Counted from the stretch's first letter, positions 48,360 through 59,541 are shown. The stretch: 64,000 nt of DNA from an uncultured bacterium (GCA_964619725.1 CAZUFC010000006.1:67521-131520), one strand, 5' to 3'. Notes: generated from the sequence alone by a model not told the origin. Program-made: numbers and translations.

Positions 48360-49253
48360 ATGTCTGATGCATTGATAGGTAAAGGTTTGGCGGTACTGTG
48401 CGCTTTTCTGTGGGCGGTCGCAGTTATTTTTTTTAAACGTTCGGGAGAAACTGTTCGTCCGCTGGCGTTGAACTTATTTAAATCAACTATGTCTCTCCTT
48501 CTCTTCATACCGATCTTTTTCATCTGGAAGATACCTTTTTTTCCCGAAAACCTTAATAATTATGACTTCTGGATGCTCATATTGAGCGGCTTTCTCGGCA
48601 TCGCCGTATCCGATTCATTGTTCTTCATGAGCCTTAACATGCTCGGAGCAGGATTGTCGGCTATCGTCGACTGCCTTTACAGTCCCCTTATCATGATGTC
48701 CGCCTGGATATTTCTCTCCGATAAAATTACGGCTGTCGAACTGATCGGAGCATTCCTCGTCCTTTCCGCAATCCTGATCGCTACGCTCAAAACTAAAAAA
48801 GCCAGAAAAGCGCCCAGAAAAATCTTCTGGGGCGTCGTTTTCGGCGCTGCTGCTATGATGAGTATGGCCCTGGGCGTCATCTGCATGGACCCTGTGCTGG
48901 AAAAACATCATGTGCTCTGGGTTACTGAACTGAGGCTGGCCGCCGGCGTACTGGCCCTTGCCGTTATGTTCGCCTTCAGAAAAGATAAAGTAAAGTTGCT
49001 GGCTCCCTTTAAAAAAGCCGCTCAATGGAAATACGCTCTGCCGGGCAGCTTCATCGGAACAAACCTCGCCATGCTCGCATGGGTCGGCGCTTTCAAATAC
49101 TCTGGCGTTACTCCAGCAGCTATTCTCAATCAAACCAGCACTATCTTTATCGTCGTTCTCGCTGCATTTTTCCTCAGAGAACCGTTAACCCTCAGAAAAA
49201 TCCTCGGCGCCGTTTTAGGCATTACCGGCGCCGTCATCGTTATTATGGGTTAA
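48360..49253 (+). CDS. EamA/DMT family transporter
   Basis: Two EamA-like halves, about 10 TM segments; FFLREPLT. Confidence 0.9.
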   Translation: MSDALIGKGLAVLCAFLWAVAVIFFKRSGETVRPLALNLFKSTMSLLLFIPIFFIWKIPFFPENLNNYDFWMLILSGFLGIAVSDSLFFMSLNMLGAGLSAIVDCLYSPLIMMSAWIFLSDKITAVELIGAFLVLSAILIATLKTKKARKAPRKIFWGVVFGAAAMMSMALGVICMDPVLEKHHVLWVTELRLAAGVLALAVMFAFRKDKVKLLAPFKKAAQWKYALPGSFIGTNLAMLAWVGAFKYSGVTPAAILNQTSTIFIVVLAAFFLREPLTLRKILGAVLGITGAVIVIMG

Positions 49254-49309
49254 GGTAGGTTATAAGAAAGTTTTTCAAGGAGTTATTTTCGTCGTTTAAT
49301 AAATATTTT

Positions 49310-49361
49310 TTGACACCATCATTTAAACGGGGTAGGATAAACAATAGGAATGATTCCTATT
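49310..49361 (+). promoter_or_regulatory. Sigma70 promoter plus perfect 9-1-9 Fur/PerR-type operator
   Basis: TTGACA-N17-TAGGAT (49310-49338); AATAGGAAT-G-ATTCCTATT (49343-49361). Confidence 0.78.
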
Positions 49362-49381
49362 CCGAAACAGGAGGCGGCGCC

Positions 49382-49789
49382 ATGCGCTTGACCAAACAAA
49401 GAAAAGTCATCATACAAGAACTTCATGAGATGCAATGCCATCCGACGGTAGACGAGTTGTTCAATCGGGTGCGCAAGAGATTGCCCCGGATCAGTTTAAG
49501 CACGGTTTACCGGAACCTGGACATTTTAAGCAAGCGAGGATTGGTGAAGAAGCTGGACATCAGCGGAGGGCAGAGCCGATATGATGCGAACACATGCGAG
49601 CATCTTCATTTCCGTTGTTTGTCATGCGGAAGGTTAGAGGATGTACCGGGAGGCAAAAGGATCGATTTGGATGAAGTACGTCGGAATATGGAGGGTTATG
49701 AATTGGTTGATTACAAGTTGGAATTCACGGGTTACTGTCCGGAATGCAAAAAGGAGTTGGACCGCAGGAATGGTGGCCGGCGGAATTAG
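49382..49789 (+). CDS. perR: Fur family regulator, PerR-like
   Basis: RLTKQR, HPT, ISLSTVYRNL, HLHFRCLSCG, GYCPEC; upstream of rubrerythrin; start moved from 49310. Confidence 0.8.
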   Translation: MRLTKQRKVIIQELHEMQCHPTVDELFNRVRKRLPRISLSTVYRNLDILSKRGLVKKLDISGGQSRYDANTCEHLHFRCLSCGRLEDVPGGKRIDLDEVRRNMEGYELVDYKLEFTGYCPECKKELDRRNGGRRN

Positions 49790-49861
49790 GGCAAGTTGAC
49801 CGGAGGAATATGGCGGAAGAGGAAGGTATTCGTATAAGTGTCGGCATGAGGAAGCGACGGA

Positions 49862-50725
49862 ATGGTTAAAGGCGGAGGAAATATTTGGAATGAGGAGAGT
49901 AAGGAGCTTCTGGAGGGTCTTTACGAGGAGTATAATCGAAGAGAGCATTTGCATCCTGATCCTGTTGAGGCGGTGTATCATTACAGCGGACTTGTGGATC
50001 GCGAAGCGGCGGCATTGGCATCGGCGTCATTTTCTTATGGGCAGGTCAAGAGCATCATGAAGGCTGTAGAAAAGGTTTTGGGATATTTGCCGGAGCCGGG
50101 GCGGGATTTGTCGAGGTTGAGTCTGCGGGAATTGCAGGAGATGTTTAAGGGATTCCGTTACAGATTTACGTCGGGTGAAGAGGCGGCACATTTTTTATAC
50201 AGGATAGGCGAGATAATAAAGGAGTATGGATCGTTATACGGATGTTTCAAACGATATTATAACGGGAGTGATGGAACGCTTTTGCCGGCATTGACGCGAT
50301 TCGTTGGTGAATTGCGGGGCGATACCGCCAGTGATTGTCGAACTTTACTGTCTTGTCCGGAGAAGGGGAGCGCCTGCAAGCGGCTGAATCTTTTTTTACG
50401 ATGGATGGTAAGGCGTGATGAGATTGATCCGGGCGGGTGGCCGGCGGAGTTATCGCGAAAATTAATTATACCGTTGGACACTCATATGCATCGGATAGGT
50501 CTGGAGATGGGATTGACGAGAAGGAAGCAGGCGGACATGAGGACGGCATTGGAGATAACGGAGTCATTCAGGTGCATCAACCGCGATGATCCGGTTCGAT
50601 ATGATTTTGCGCTGGCGCATTTGAGCATGCGCAAGGAATCGGAACTTCGCGTATTCATAAGGAAATGGAATCAGTTGAACGGGAAAGAAAAGCGACCGAA
50701 AGGGACGCAGAAAAATGACCAGTAA
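49862..50725 (+). CDS. TIGR02757 / DUF2400 family protein
   Basis: [40 protein letters not shown]. Confidence 0.9.
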   Translation: MVKGGGNIWNEESKELLEGLYEEYNRREHLHPDPVEAVYHYSGLVDREAAALASASFSYGQVKSIMKAVEKVLGYLPEPGRDLSRLSLRELQEMFKGFRYRFTSGEEAAHFLYRIGEIIKEYGSLYGCFKRYYNGSDGTLLPALTRFVGELRGDTASDCRTLLSCPEKGSACKRLNLFLRWMVRRDEIDPGGWPAELSRKLIIPLDTHMHRIGLEMGLTRRKQADMRTALEITESFRCINRDDPVRYDFALAHLSMRKESELRVFIRKWNQLNGKEKRPKGTQKNDQ

Positions 50726-50751
50726 AAAGAAAGAAAAAGGAGGACAATGAG

Positions 50752-51324
50752 ATGGAGCTCAAAGGTTCTGAAACGGAAAAGAATTTGTTGAAGGCGTTTG
50801 CAGGAGAGTCTCAAGCGCGAAATCGCTATACATATTTTGCGAGCAAGGCGAAGAAGGAGGGCTATGTACAGATTGCCGACATTTTTGAAGAGACGGCGAA
50901 CCAGGAGAAGGAGCACGCCAAGCGTTTTTTCAAGTTTTTGAAGGGCGGAGAGGTTGAGATAACAGCTTCATTTCCTGCGGGAGTAATCGGTTCAACGGCG
51001 GACAATTTGAGGGCGGCTGCTGAAGGTGAAAACCATGAATGGACCGACATGTATCCCGGATTCGCTGAAACGGCCAGGCAAGAAGGTTTTGAGAATGTGG
51101 CGGAATTGTTCGATGCCGTATCGGTAGCGGAAAAACAGCATGAAAAGCGCTATCTGGACCTACTTAAGAATGTGGAGACCGGAAAAGTATTCAAAAAGGA
51201 CGAGTCGGTCGTATGGCGATGCCGCAACTGCGGGTATCTCCATGAAGGCGCCGAAGCCCCGGAATACTGCCCCGCATGCGCTCATGCCAGGGCTCACTTC
51301 GAATTGCTGGGAGAAAACTGGTAA
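50752..51324 (+). CDS. rbr: Rubrerythrin
   Basis: [29 protein letters not shown]...CPAC. Confidence 0.96.
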   Translation: MELKGSETEKNLLKAFAGESQARNRYTYFASKAKKEGYVQIADIFEETANQEKEHAKRFFKFLKGGEVEITASFPAGVIGSTADNLRAAAEGENHEWTDMYPGFAETARQEGFENVAELFDAVSVAEKQHEKRYLDLLKNVETGKVFKKDESVVWRCRNCGYLHEGAEAPEYCPACAHARAHFELLGENW

Positions 51325-51357
51325 AAAGCAGCGTTCAATAAACAGTTCTGTGAGACT

Positions 51358-51416
51358 ATCAGCGTCTGTCCTGCTTATATTCTGTATGCTGAATGATTAC
51401 GCGGACAGACGCTGAT
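51358..51416. other. 14-bp perfect inverted repeat downstream of rbr
   Basis: ATCAGCGTCTGTCC-N31-GGACAGACGCTGAT followed by a T-rich tract. Confidence 0.55.
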
Positions 51417-51715
51417 TGGTTTTTAGGCCTGTTTTAAGGGCGGTTTTTTTTCTGAGAGCGGCCGGCAGGAAAAAGGACTTCTGTTTATTCCTGTCGTATA
51501 TTCATTCCAGGGCATTGGGAAAAGCGGGCCGCAGCAGGCCGATAAAATTAGGGTTGCTAAAATAGAGTCTAAATGTTAATAATGACGTGAGGTCAGGCTT
51601 CCGGCAAAGACGAAGGGTTTGAATCCGAAAGGAAATGAAGCCGTTTAACAGGGAACTGGCGAGAGCTTACCGATGATGTCACAGAAAAATTCATTCGTCA
51701 TAAAGGAGAAACAGA

Positions 51716-51877
51716 ATGAAAAAGTACATATGTGAGATTTGCGGGTATATCTATGATCCACAAATGGGTGATGCTGATACAGGAATCAAGCCGGGCACGG
51801 CATTTGAAGACCTTCCTGATGATTGGCTTTGTCCCGTTTGCGGAGCCGATAAATCCAATTTTTCAGTTGAAGAATAA
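51716..51877 (+). CDS. rub: Rubredoxin (53 aa), absent from the ORF track
   Basis: [63 protein letters not shown], translated by hand. Confidence 0.96.
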   Translation: MKKYICEICGYIYDPQMGDADTGIKPGTAFEDLPDDWLCPVCGADKSNFSVEE

Positions 51878-52024
51878 GGAAGCTTTAACTCACAATATTC
51901 TGAATCCTTTGACAGGGAAAACCGAACCTTGCCCGTCGCTGAAAGGGTAAGTTCTTTTTGTCCCGTTTGGATCAGATATTTATTGAAAGCTAATCATCGC
52001 GTTTGTAAGGGAGGAAACCGGGTT

Positions 52025-53326
52025 ATGGACAGATACATTTTCTTCTTTTTGGCGTTGAGTTTAATGATGACTCCCGTCATACTCGGCTATGAATCCGAAG
52101 ACATAATAAATGCAGCGGGTAAGGGCGATACGGAACAGGTCATAGAATTGATAAAGCAGGGAGCGAACGTCAATGCGTCTAACCGGTTCGGCAGGACGGC
52201 GCTCATCTCTGCAGCCTGGCCCGGATATTTCGATGTAGCTCAGATATTGATCGATCACGGGGCTGACGTGAATGCAGAAGATTTCGCCGGTAGAACTCCT
52301 ATGCAGGGCGCTGCTGATGCGGGATGCCTGGAGCTGGTAAGTTTACTGAAAAAACACGGAGCGGCATACGATGAAGAGGCGGAATATTGGGGCAGCTCTC
52401 CCTTGCACAGGGCGGCGTCTCAGGGCGAGCTGGAAAAATTGGAAAAGCTTCTGGAAAACGAAGCGAAAGTAAATGCCGTGGATATTGAAAATTATCGAAG
52501 CTCTCCTCTTACCCGGGCAGCCCTTACAGGCAAAGTCGAAACAGTGAAAGCGCTGTTGGACGCGGGAGCGGATGTTCAATATCAGGAGGCGCGAGGTGCG
52601 GCTTTGCATCTAGCGGCAGAAAAGGCGCGCCTGGAAGCGGTCCGGCTTTTGATAGAACGGGGTGCAGACCCAAAATCCAGAGACCCTTTCGGAAAGACGC
52701 CGTTACACCGGGTATTGGAAACCAGTTCGCTGTTCGAAATCGAAAAACGCCTGAAAATAATTGAAATTTTGCTTCAAAACGGAGCGGATGTTGATCGGTG
52801 CATCGAAAAAAACACGCGTCAAGGCGACACGCCGCTCATAATAGCGGTCAAGTGGGACAATAAGCCGCTCATTGAAACGCTGCTGAAACATAACGCCGAC
52901 GTAAATAAATCGAACGGCGAAGGAAAAACGGCCCTCCATTTCGCCGCAGCCAGAAAATATCCCGGAACGACCGAACTCCTGATTAAAAAAGGCGCTGAAG
53001 TCAATGCCAGAACTAACCAGGGCATTACGCCGCTTTTGTATGCCTGTTATGCCGGCGATCCTGAGACGGTCTCTGTTCTTCTTGAAAACGAAGCGGACCC
53101 GAACGTTCAGGATAAAATTGAGTATCCGGACCCCAAAAAAGGACAATGCGGCAGTGCGTCTCCTCTGCATCAGGCAGTGAATAACGGATTTCCGGAAATC
53201 GTCAAAATGCTGCTGAAACACGGCGCGGATACCGGGCTCCGAAACGGTTGCGATAAAACGCCATTGGAAATCGCTGAATCGGCAGAGATCATAAGTATTT
53301 TGACGGAGAAAAGTCCTGAAGAATAG
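52025..53326 (+). CDS. Secreted ankyrin-repeat protein
   Basis: Signal peptide; repeated G.TPLH.A...LL..GADVN; start moved to MDRYIFF. Confidence 0.9.
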   Translation: MDRYIFFFLALSLMMTPVILGYESEDIINAAGKGDTEQVIELIKQGANVNASNRFGRTALISAAWPGYFDVAQILIDHGADVNAEDFAGRTPMQGAADAGCLELVSLLKKHGAAYDEEAEYWGSSPLHRAASQGELEKLEKLLENEAKVNAVDIENYRSSPLTRAALTGKVETVKALLDAGADVQYQEARGAALHLAAEKARLEAVRLLIERGADPKSRDPFGKTPLHRVLETSSLFEIEKRLKIIEILLQNGADVDRCIEKNTRQGDTPLIIAVKWDNKPLIETLLKHNADVNKSNGEGKTALHFAAARKYPGTTELLIKKGAEVNARTNQGITPLLYACYAGDPETVSVLLENEADPNVQDKIEYPDPKKGQCGSASPLHQAVNNGFPEIVKMLLKHGADTGLRNGCDKTPLEIAESAEIISILTEKSPEE

Positions 53327-53403
53327 TTTTCATTTCGCTATCAGGACGAAATTAGGCTTTCCGACAAGGGCAGTTATAAATGACGCGGGCAGAAGCTGAC
53401 TGA

Positions 53404-54573
53404 TCAGCTCAGGCAGGAGCGGCCCGGGAAATCGTTATTGATCTGGAAAAAGTCCAGGACTGTTTTTCCTACGTCTGCGAAGGTTTCTCTTGTTCCCAGG
53501 TTCCTTCCGGGTTCAATGCCGCCGCCTGTTATGAGCAGGGGCACGTATTCCCTCGTATGGTCTGTGCCTTTAAAGGTCGGATCATTTCCGTGATCCGCAG
53601 TGATGATGAGGAGAGTATTTTCCGAGGCGTGCTTTGTGAATTCGGGAAGACGCAGATCGAATTCTTCGAGCGCCTGGGCGTAGCCCTCCGGATTATTGCG
53701 GTGACCGTAAAGGCTGTCGAAATCGACCAGGTTCACGTAAATAAGGTCATGTTCAGCTTTCTGCATCAGATCGAGCGTCGTCCTGATGCCGTCGGGATTG
53801 TCGTCGGTATGAACGGCGTGCGTCAGTCCCTGACCTGAATAAATGTCTTCGATTTTTCCTATTCCGGCAATTTTGAAACCCATTTCTTTCAAAACGTCCA
53901 GGATGGTGGGGCTGGGCGACGGCACAGCGAAGTCTTTTCTTCGGGATGTTCGCATGAACGCGCCTGGTTTGCCTATGAAGGGTCTGGCGATGACGCGGGC
54001 GACATGATGCTTCTCGTCCAATATTTCTCGGGCGATTCGGCAATAACGATATAGTTCCTTGACGGGTATGATGTCTTCATGCGCCGCTATCTGAAAAACG
54101 CTGTCGGCAGAGGTGTAAACGATTGGGTCGCCGGTTTTGAAATGTTCCTCTCCCAATTCTTCAATAATGACAGTGCCTGATGCGGTTTTATTTCCCAGAG
54201 CTTTATGTTCGGTCTTTTTTTCAAAGGGGATGATAATATCGTCCGGGAATCCATGCGGAAAAGTTTCGAAATGCCTTCTGCTGATGACGCCGGTGATTTC
54301 CCAATGACCCATGATGGTATCTTTGCCCACAGCCTGCTCCATCATTTTACCGTATCCGCCGGCCGGTCGTTCGACAGGTTGTATTCCCTGGAGCGGTTTG
54401 ATGTTTCCAATGCCCAGTGACTGCAAATGAGGCAACCGGATGTCATTCCTGTATTTGCATATATTTCCCAGCGTATCGGCGCCGATGTCTCCGTATTGTC
54501 CGGCATCGGGGGCTTCGCCGATACCAACGCTGTCCAGAATGATGATTACTGCCGTTTTGTCTGAATTGCGCAC
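53404..54573 (-). CDS. deoB: Phosphopentomutase
   Basis: LDSVGIG, GKDTIMGHWE, VYTSADSVFQIAAHE, NLVDFD..YGHR, TADHGNDP, HTREYVP. Confidence 0.96.
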   Translation of the reverse strand: MRNSDKTAVIIILDSVGIGEAPDAGQYGDIGADTLGNICKYRNDIRLPHLQSLGIGNIKPLQGIQPVERPAGGYGKMMEQAVGKDTIMGHWEITGVISRRHFETFPHGFPDDIIIPFEKKTEHKALGNKTASGTVIIEELGEEHFKTGDPIVYTSADSVFQIAAHEDIIPVKELYRYCRIAREILDEKHHVARVIARPFIGKPGAFMRTSRRKDFAVPSPSPTILDVLKEMGFKIAGIGKIEDIYSGQGLTHAVHTDDNPDGIRTTLDLMQKAEHDLIYVNLVDFDSLYGHRNNPEGYAQALEEFDLRLPEFTKHASENTLLIITADHGNDPTFKGTDHTREYVPLLITGGGIEPGRNLGTRETFADVGKTVLDFFQINNDFPGRSCLS

Positions 54574-54898
54574 GAAAAAACGCCTCCTTTATTATCTCAA
54601 AAGACCGGAAAAAAACTGTTCCTGAAGATAATCAGTCATTATCTGAGTTTCCAGAGAACAGGAACGTTCCGGTCATGAATATTCCTTTCATTCGCTCATT
54701 CAACGGTCCGCCGGTTCCACGACCAGACGGAAACGATTATATAAGGGGCTTCGATCAAGTCAAATATTTTGAGAAGGATGTAATGGGATAGCTACCTGCC
54801 TTTCCTTACCGCATGCGGCAGGCAGCTTATGATTTGACAAGCGCGCAACCTGATAATAAATTGTCATGACTTAACCGACTCTGAAGGGAGGATAACAA

Positions 54899-56251
54899 AT
54901 GAATTATGATATATTTCATGCGTACGACGTTCGAGGCGTTTACCCCGACGATTTCAACGAAAACGACGCGTACTTGATCGCTCGCGGATACAATGAAATT
55001 TTTCATCCCGCAACTATGGCCGTAGGAATGGATGCGCGAAAATCTTCTCCCCCCATTAAAAAGAAGTTCATTCAGGGGCTGCTTGATGCAGGCGTCAATG
55101 TTGTGGACATAGGGGAAATTACGACGGACATGCTTTATTTTGCCGTGGGCAAGTATGGGTTTTCGGGAGGCGCCGTCATTTCCGCTTCGCACAATCCCGG
55201 GCATTACAACGGGATAAAACTGGTAGGCGAAGGAGTTGCGGCTGTTTCTTCGGATGCCGGTTTGTTCGACATCCGGGAATGTATAAAAAAATGGAACCAG
55301 AAAGCGCCGCCGCCTTCAGGAAAGGGAACGCTCAGCGCCCGAATCATAATGGACGATTACATTACTCATGTGCTCAGCTTTATCGACGAAGCGTCCATCG
55401 GCAAAAGGGAGCTGAAAATAGTGGGAAACGGCAATTTCGGATTCGTATCCCGTTCAATGCAGAAAATCATCGACCGCTTCAAATTGAACTTCATACCGAT
55501 GAATTTCGAGCCGGACGGAACGTTTCCCAAGGGTCCGCCCGATCCGATGTTGCCGGACAATCGAACGGAGATCGAAGAGCTTGTCAGGCGGGAGAGGGCA
55601 GACCTGGGCGTCGCCTGGGACGGCGATGCGGACAGGGTGATGTTTTTTAATGAGAAGGGTGAATTTACGCCTGGAGTTTACGTCACGTCGATGCTGTCGG
55701 AATTGCTGATGAAGAAATACGGACCGGATAAAATCGTGTTCGATCCCAGAATCGTATGGCCCATACAAAGAACCGTCAAAAAAATGGGCGGAACTCCAAT
55801 CATGTCCAAAGCCGGTCACTCCTTCATCAAGGAACGCATGAGGAAAGAAAACGGACTTTTCGGCGGTGAATTGAGCGCTCATTATTTCTTCCGTGATAAT
55901 TTTTTTGCGGATAACGGAATAATTCCGTTTCTGCTCGTTCTGGAGCAGATGAATTTGACGGGTTTGAAATTTTCAGAAATGACGGCCTCGTATAAGCAGG
56001 ACCATCACATGTCGGGGGAACAGAATTTTAAAGTTTCCGATGCCGAAGGCATACTGGGCGAACTGGAAAGCGCTTTCGGCAGTCAGGGGAAGGCGTCTCA
56101 TCTGGACGGCTTATCCGTAGAAACCGATCAATGGCGCTTCAACGTACGGCCGTCTAATACAGAACCTCTCCTGAGAGTCAACATTGAAGCGCGTTCAGCC
56201 GAAACGGTCGATAAAATCCTGCGGGATATCCTTTCGATAATCGAATCATGA
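54899..56251 (+). CDS. Phosphomannomutase/phosphoglucomutase
   Basis: YDVRG, SASHNP, DGDADR, GELSAH, RPSNTEP. Confidence 0.94.
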   Translation: MNYDIFHAYDVRGVYPDDFNENDAYLIARGYNEIFHPATMAVGMDARKSSPPIKKKFIQGLLDAGVNVVDIGEITTDMLYFAVGKYGFSGGAVISASHNPGHYNGIKLVGEGVAAVSSDAGLFDIRECIKKWNQKAPPPSGKGTLSARIIMDDYITHVLSFIDEASIGKRELKIVGNGNFGFVSRSMQKIIDRFKLNFIPMNFEPDGTFPKGPPDPMLPDNRTEIEELVRRERADLGVAWDGDADRVMFFNEKGEFTPGVYVTSMLSELLMKKYGPDKIVFDPRIVWPIQRTVKKMGGTPIMSKAGHSFIKERMRKENGLFGGELSAHYFFRDNFFADNGIIPFLLVLEQMNLTGLKFSEMTASYKQDHHMSGEQNFKVSDAEGILGELESAFGSQGKASHLDGLSVETDQWRFNVRPSNTEPLLRVNIEARSAETVDKILRDILSIIES

Positions 56252-57381
56252 TGAAAGTGAAGTTCTTTTCCCTGCTCTTTCTGACTGTTTTAGTTGTTGT
56301 TCATCAGGCGGCGGCTCAGGGTTCGGGAGGATTGAATGAGCAAAAACCGGCGGGCGAGGAGGACAAGAGTCTGACTCTTGTCGACGGAGCGGGAAGGCGA
56401 GTGACCTTCTCTTCTTTGCCGGAAAGAATCGCTGTAATTGGATATGGGCCTTTCATGCCTTTGCATATGCTTTACATGTTTCCGGAAGGCGTTGAAAAAA
56501 CAGTGGGTTTTGAAGCCAATCAGTATCCTGAAAAGGAATTCATTTCTCTGATCGATCCTGATTATGATGAGAAGAGAAAATTGAGTCGGCGACCGGGCCT
56601 GGAAGAGATAGCTTCGCTTGAACCTGATCTCGTGGTGATGAAAGGGTCGCGCTCTCATCCTACAAGTGATTCGCTGGCAATACTGGACATTCCGGTTTTT
56701 TATCTTTCTTTGGAGACTCCCGAATTATTTTTCACCGATTTGGAAAAAATCGGCAAAATTCTGGGGAATGAGGAGAGGGCAGAGGATATCACGAATTATT
56801 ACCGTGAATGGATGGAAAAAATTCAAAAACGGACAGACGGTATAAAAGAATCGGAAAAACCTTCTGTTTTAATTTTCCTTTATAAATCCCGAAGCGGACA
56901 AACGGCTATCCATGTACCGCCGAAATCGTGGATGCAAACTATCCAGACGGAACTCGCCGGAGGAAAACCTGCGTGGCTGGAAGCCGGTTTGATGGGCGAC
57001 GGTTGGACTGTCGTTAATTTCGAGCAGGCGGCTTCCTGGAATCCCGACAAAATTATAGTTATTCCCTGGCAGATTCCATATCCGGAAAAGGCCGTCGCAG
57101 CCTTGAAGAGCGATCCCAGGTGGCGGATGCTCAAAGCTGTGCAGAATGACGAGTTTTATGTGTTTCCAAAGGATATTTTCAGTTGGGATACGCCCGGACC
57201 CCGCTGGGCGCTGGGATTGATCTGGATGGCCAGGACGCTTTATCCAGAAAGATTCAAGGACGTGGAAATGGAGCAGGAAATCCGAAAATTTTTCAAGCGG
57301 ATATTCAATATGGAAGAACAGAAGATAGAAACCGGTATTATGCCGGCTGTAAAAATGTTCACCGGCGGGGAAAATGGTTGA
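56248..57381 (+). CDS. Iron-siderophore/cobalamin-type ABC substrate-binding protein
   Basis: Signal peptide; DGAGRRV..PERI, EEIASLEPDLV, WNPD, LKAVQN. Confidence 0.88.
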   Translation: MMKVKFFSLLFLTVLVVVHQAAAQGSGGLNEQKPAGEEDKSLTLVDGAGRRVTFSSLPERIAVIGYGPFMPLHMLYMFPEGVEKTVGFEANQYPEKEFISLIDPDYDEKRKLSRRPGLEEIASLEPDLVVMKGSRSHPTSDSLAILDIPVFYLSLETPELFFTDLEKIGKILGNEERAEDITNYYREWMEKIQKRTDGIKESEKPSVLIFLYKSRSGQTAIHVPPKSWMQTIQTELAGGKPAWLEAGLMGDGWTVVNFEQAASWNPDKIIVIPWQIPYPEKAVAALKSDPRWRMLKAVQNDEFYVFPKDIFSWDTPGPRWALGLIWMARTLYPERFKDVEMEQEIRKFFKRIFNMEEQKIETGIMPAVKMFTGGENG

Positions 57382-58381
57382 GAATAAACATAAATCACAC
57401 GCCAGGAGGAAATTCATATTACTTTTCCTGGCGCTGTTGTTTTGTTTAGGTATTTCCGTTCTTCTGGGACGATATCCCCGTCCGTTTTTCATTTCACCGG
57501 AGGATATAAAAACGGACGATCTAGCCAGGAATATCGTTTTGAATATACGGTTGCCTCGTATTGCGTCGGCTTTTCTGCTGGGTATGGTATTATCGTCAGC
57601 AGGGATGGTTTTTCAGATGATATTCCGTAATCCCCTGGTGGAATCAGGCTTTTTGGGAGTATCGTCAGGGGCGGCATTCGGGGCTTCTCTGGCCATTGTG
57701 GTATTGGGCGGTTCTGATGTTGCCGTTCAATTATGCGCGGTCATATTTGCGTTTATGGGACTGGGGGCCAGTTCATTTTTAGCCGTAAGGATAAGAATGG
57801 GCGGATGGGTCTTGCGATTGATACTGGCCGGCATAGCCGTATCCGCTTTGTATTCCGCGGGTACGGGAGCCCTGAAATATCTGGCCGATCCGCTGAACCA
57901 GTTGCCCGATATAACGTTCTGGCTGCTGGGCGGCTTATGGGGCATTACCTGGAGAGACGTGCTGGAATTCCTGCCGGTAGTCATACCGGCTTTGATCATC
58001 ATTCATTTTATGAGATGGAGACTCAACCTGTTGTCCATGAGGGACGAGACGGCATTTTCCCTGGTCGCGAAACCGGCCCTCGAACGCTTTATCCTTCTGA
58101 CTCTGGCCGTAGCCGCAACAGCCGTGCTCACCGCTAAGGCCGGACAGATCAGTTGGGTCGGCCTGATCATACCTCACATCTCCAGAAGGCTGGTCGGTTC
58201 CGATGCACAAAAAGCCCTTCCGGCAACAATGCTTCTAGGCGGTATGTTCGTGCTGGCATGCGATGATGCCGCTCGTGCCGCCTTCGCCGGTGAAATTCCA
58301 CTGGGAATTTTAACCTCCTTCACAGGCGCAGCGATTTTTTTGGGTATCCTCATGACGCAAAAGTTGCGGATAGTCCGATGA
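57374..58381 (+). CDS. FecCD/BtuC family ABC permease
   Basis: IRLPRI, FRNPLV, LGVSSGAAFGA, WVGLIIPH, EIPLG. Confidence 0.93.
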   Translation: MVENKHKSHARRKFILLFLALLFCLGISVLLGRYPRPFFISPEDIKTDDLARNIVLNIRLPRIASAFLLGMVLSSAGMVFQMIFRNPLVESGFLGVSSGAAFGASLAIVVLGGSDVAVQLCAVIFAFMGLGASSFLAVRIRMGGWVLRLILAGIAVSALYSAGTGALKYLADPLNQLPDITFWLLGGLWGITWRDVLEFLPVVIPALIIIHFMRWRLNLLSMRDETAFSLVAKPALERFILLTLAVAATAVLTAKAGQISWVGLIIPHISRRLVGSDAQKALPATMLLGGMFVLACDDAARAAFAGEIPLGILTSFTGAAIFLGILMTQKLRIVR

Positions 58382-59178
58382 ACAGAGCATCAACCATCAT
58401 CAGGCTCGATAACGTTTCGTTTCGTTACGCAAAATCTGATACGCCCGTATTCGAAGACCTTTCGCTGGACATACAGGAAAACACCGTTACCGCTCTGCTG
58501 GGTCCTAACGGTTCCGGAAAAACTACACTTCTCCATCTCCTGCTGGGTCTGTTGAACCCGGACCGGGGAAATATCCGAATCGGACCGTCGAAAAATAAAA
58601 CAAATCCTGCCGCTCATCATAAAAGAATGATAGGAATAGCCCCTCAATACGAATCCGTACCGTTCGATCTGAGCGTTCTGGAATATGTGCTGCTCGGTCG
58701 CGCCCCCTACATCGGCATGCTGCAGCGCCCCAGCAGAAAAGATCGCCGGATCGCCGCAGAATCCCTGAATATGGTCGGACTCGAAAAACTGGCCGCTCGC
58801 TCCGTTAAATCCCTCAGCGGTGGAGAAAAACAACTCGCCATGGTTGCCAGAGTCCTGACTCAGCAGTCCCGGATTTTTCTTATGGATGAACCCACATCGC
58901 ATCTGGACCTCTCCAATACCAAAAGAATCCTTAAACTGATGAAAGCGTTGAGCCGAAAAGGAAAAACCGTCATTTTCACTACTCATGATCCCAATGCCGC
59001 TGCAGGCGTCTCTGAACATCTTATCCTGCTTAACCAGGGCAAAATAGTAGAAATGGGACCCCCAGAAAAAGCCCTCACCGCCTCCAATATAAAATCAGTC
59101 TACGGAGTGGACGTAGAGGTCGTCTCCATGCACGGAAAACCCATTGTCCTGGTGTATCACGGAAATAATTCCATATAG
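58378..59178 (+). CDS. FepC/BtuD-type ABC ATP-binding protein
   Basis: GPNGSGKT, LSGGE, MDEPTSHLD, THD. Confidence 0.94.
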   Translation: MNRASTIIRLDNVSFRYAKSDTPVFEDLSLDIQENTVTALLGPNGSGKTTLLHLLLGLLNPDRGNIRIGPSKNKTNPAAHHKRMIGIAPQYESVPFDLSVLEYVLLGRAPYIGMLQRPSRKDRRIAAESLNMVGLEKLAARSVKSLSGGEKQLAMVARVLTQQSRIFLMDEPTSHLDLSNTKRILKLMKALSRKGKTVIFTTHDPNAAAGVSEHLILLNQGKIVEMGPPEKALTASNIKSVYGVDVEVVSMHGKPIVLVYHGNNSI

Positions 59179-59193
59179 TATGTTTTTGAATTA

Positions 59194-59406
59194 GTGAATA
59201 TGGCCCTGTTGCTGCAAGGCAGAGACCTGGAAAGAACAAGAAAACTGTTAAATAAAGCGATTGAACTGGCCCCCTCCAATCCCGCCGCCTGGAAGTTCAG
59301 AGGCCTCTTCCGCATCACTTTTCCGAAAGAGCATGATTTCGCCGGAGAAGACCTGAAACGCTATTTGGAGATAGCCCCCCCATGCGCCCGATACCAGGCA
59401 GATTAA
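59194..59406 (+). pseudogene. Short TPR fragment
   Basis: LLNKAIELAPSNPAAW...LKRYLEIAP; weak start, looks truncated. Confidence 0.4.
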
Positions 59407-59541
59407 AACACATATTAATCAGTTAAGGTGGAGGATGTTCAAGCCGACAGATTATTATAATCAGTTTCTCTCCATAAACGCCATTTTTTGTTGACATTGT
59501 GTGACTGGTTCTATAGAAAATAAAACTACAGGAGGACGGCG

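Noticed and set aside
51595-51645. Possible c-di-AMP (ydaO) or c-di-GMP riboswitch before rubredoxin (TGAATCCGAAAGG)
   Set aside because: The downstream conserved elements are missing; an Rfam cmscan would be needed to settle it
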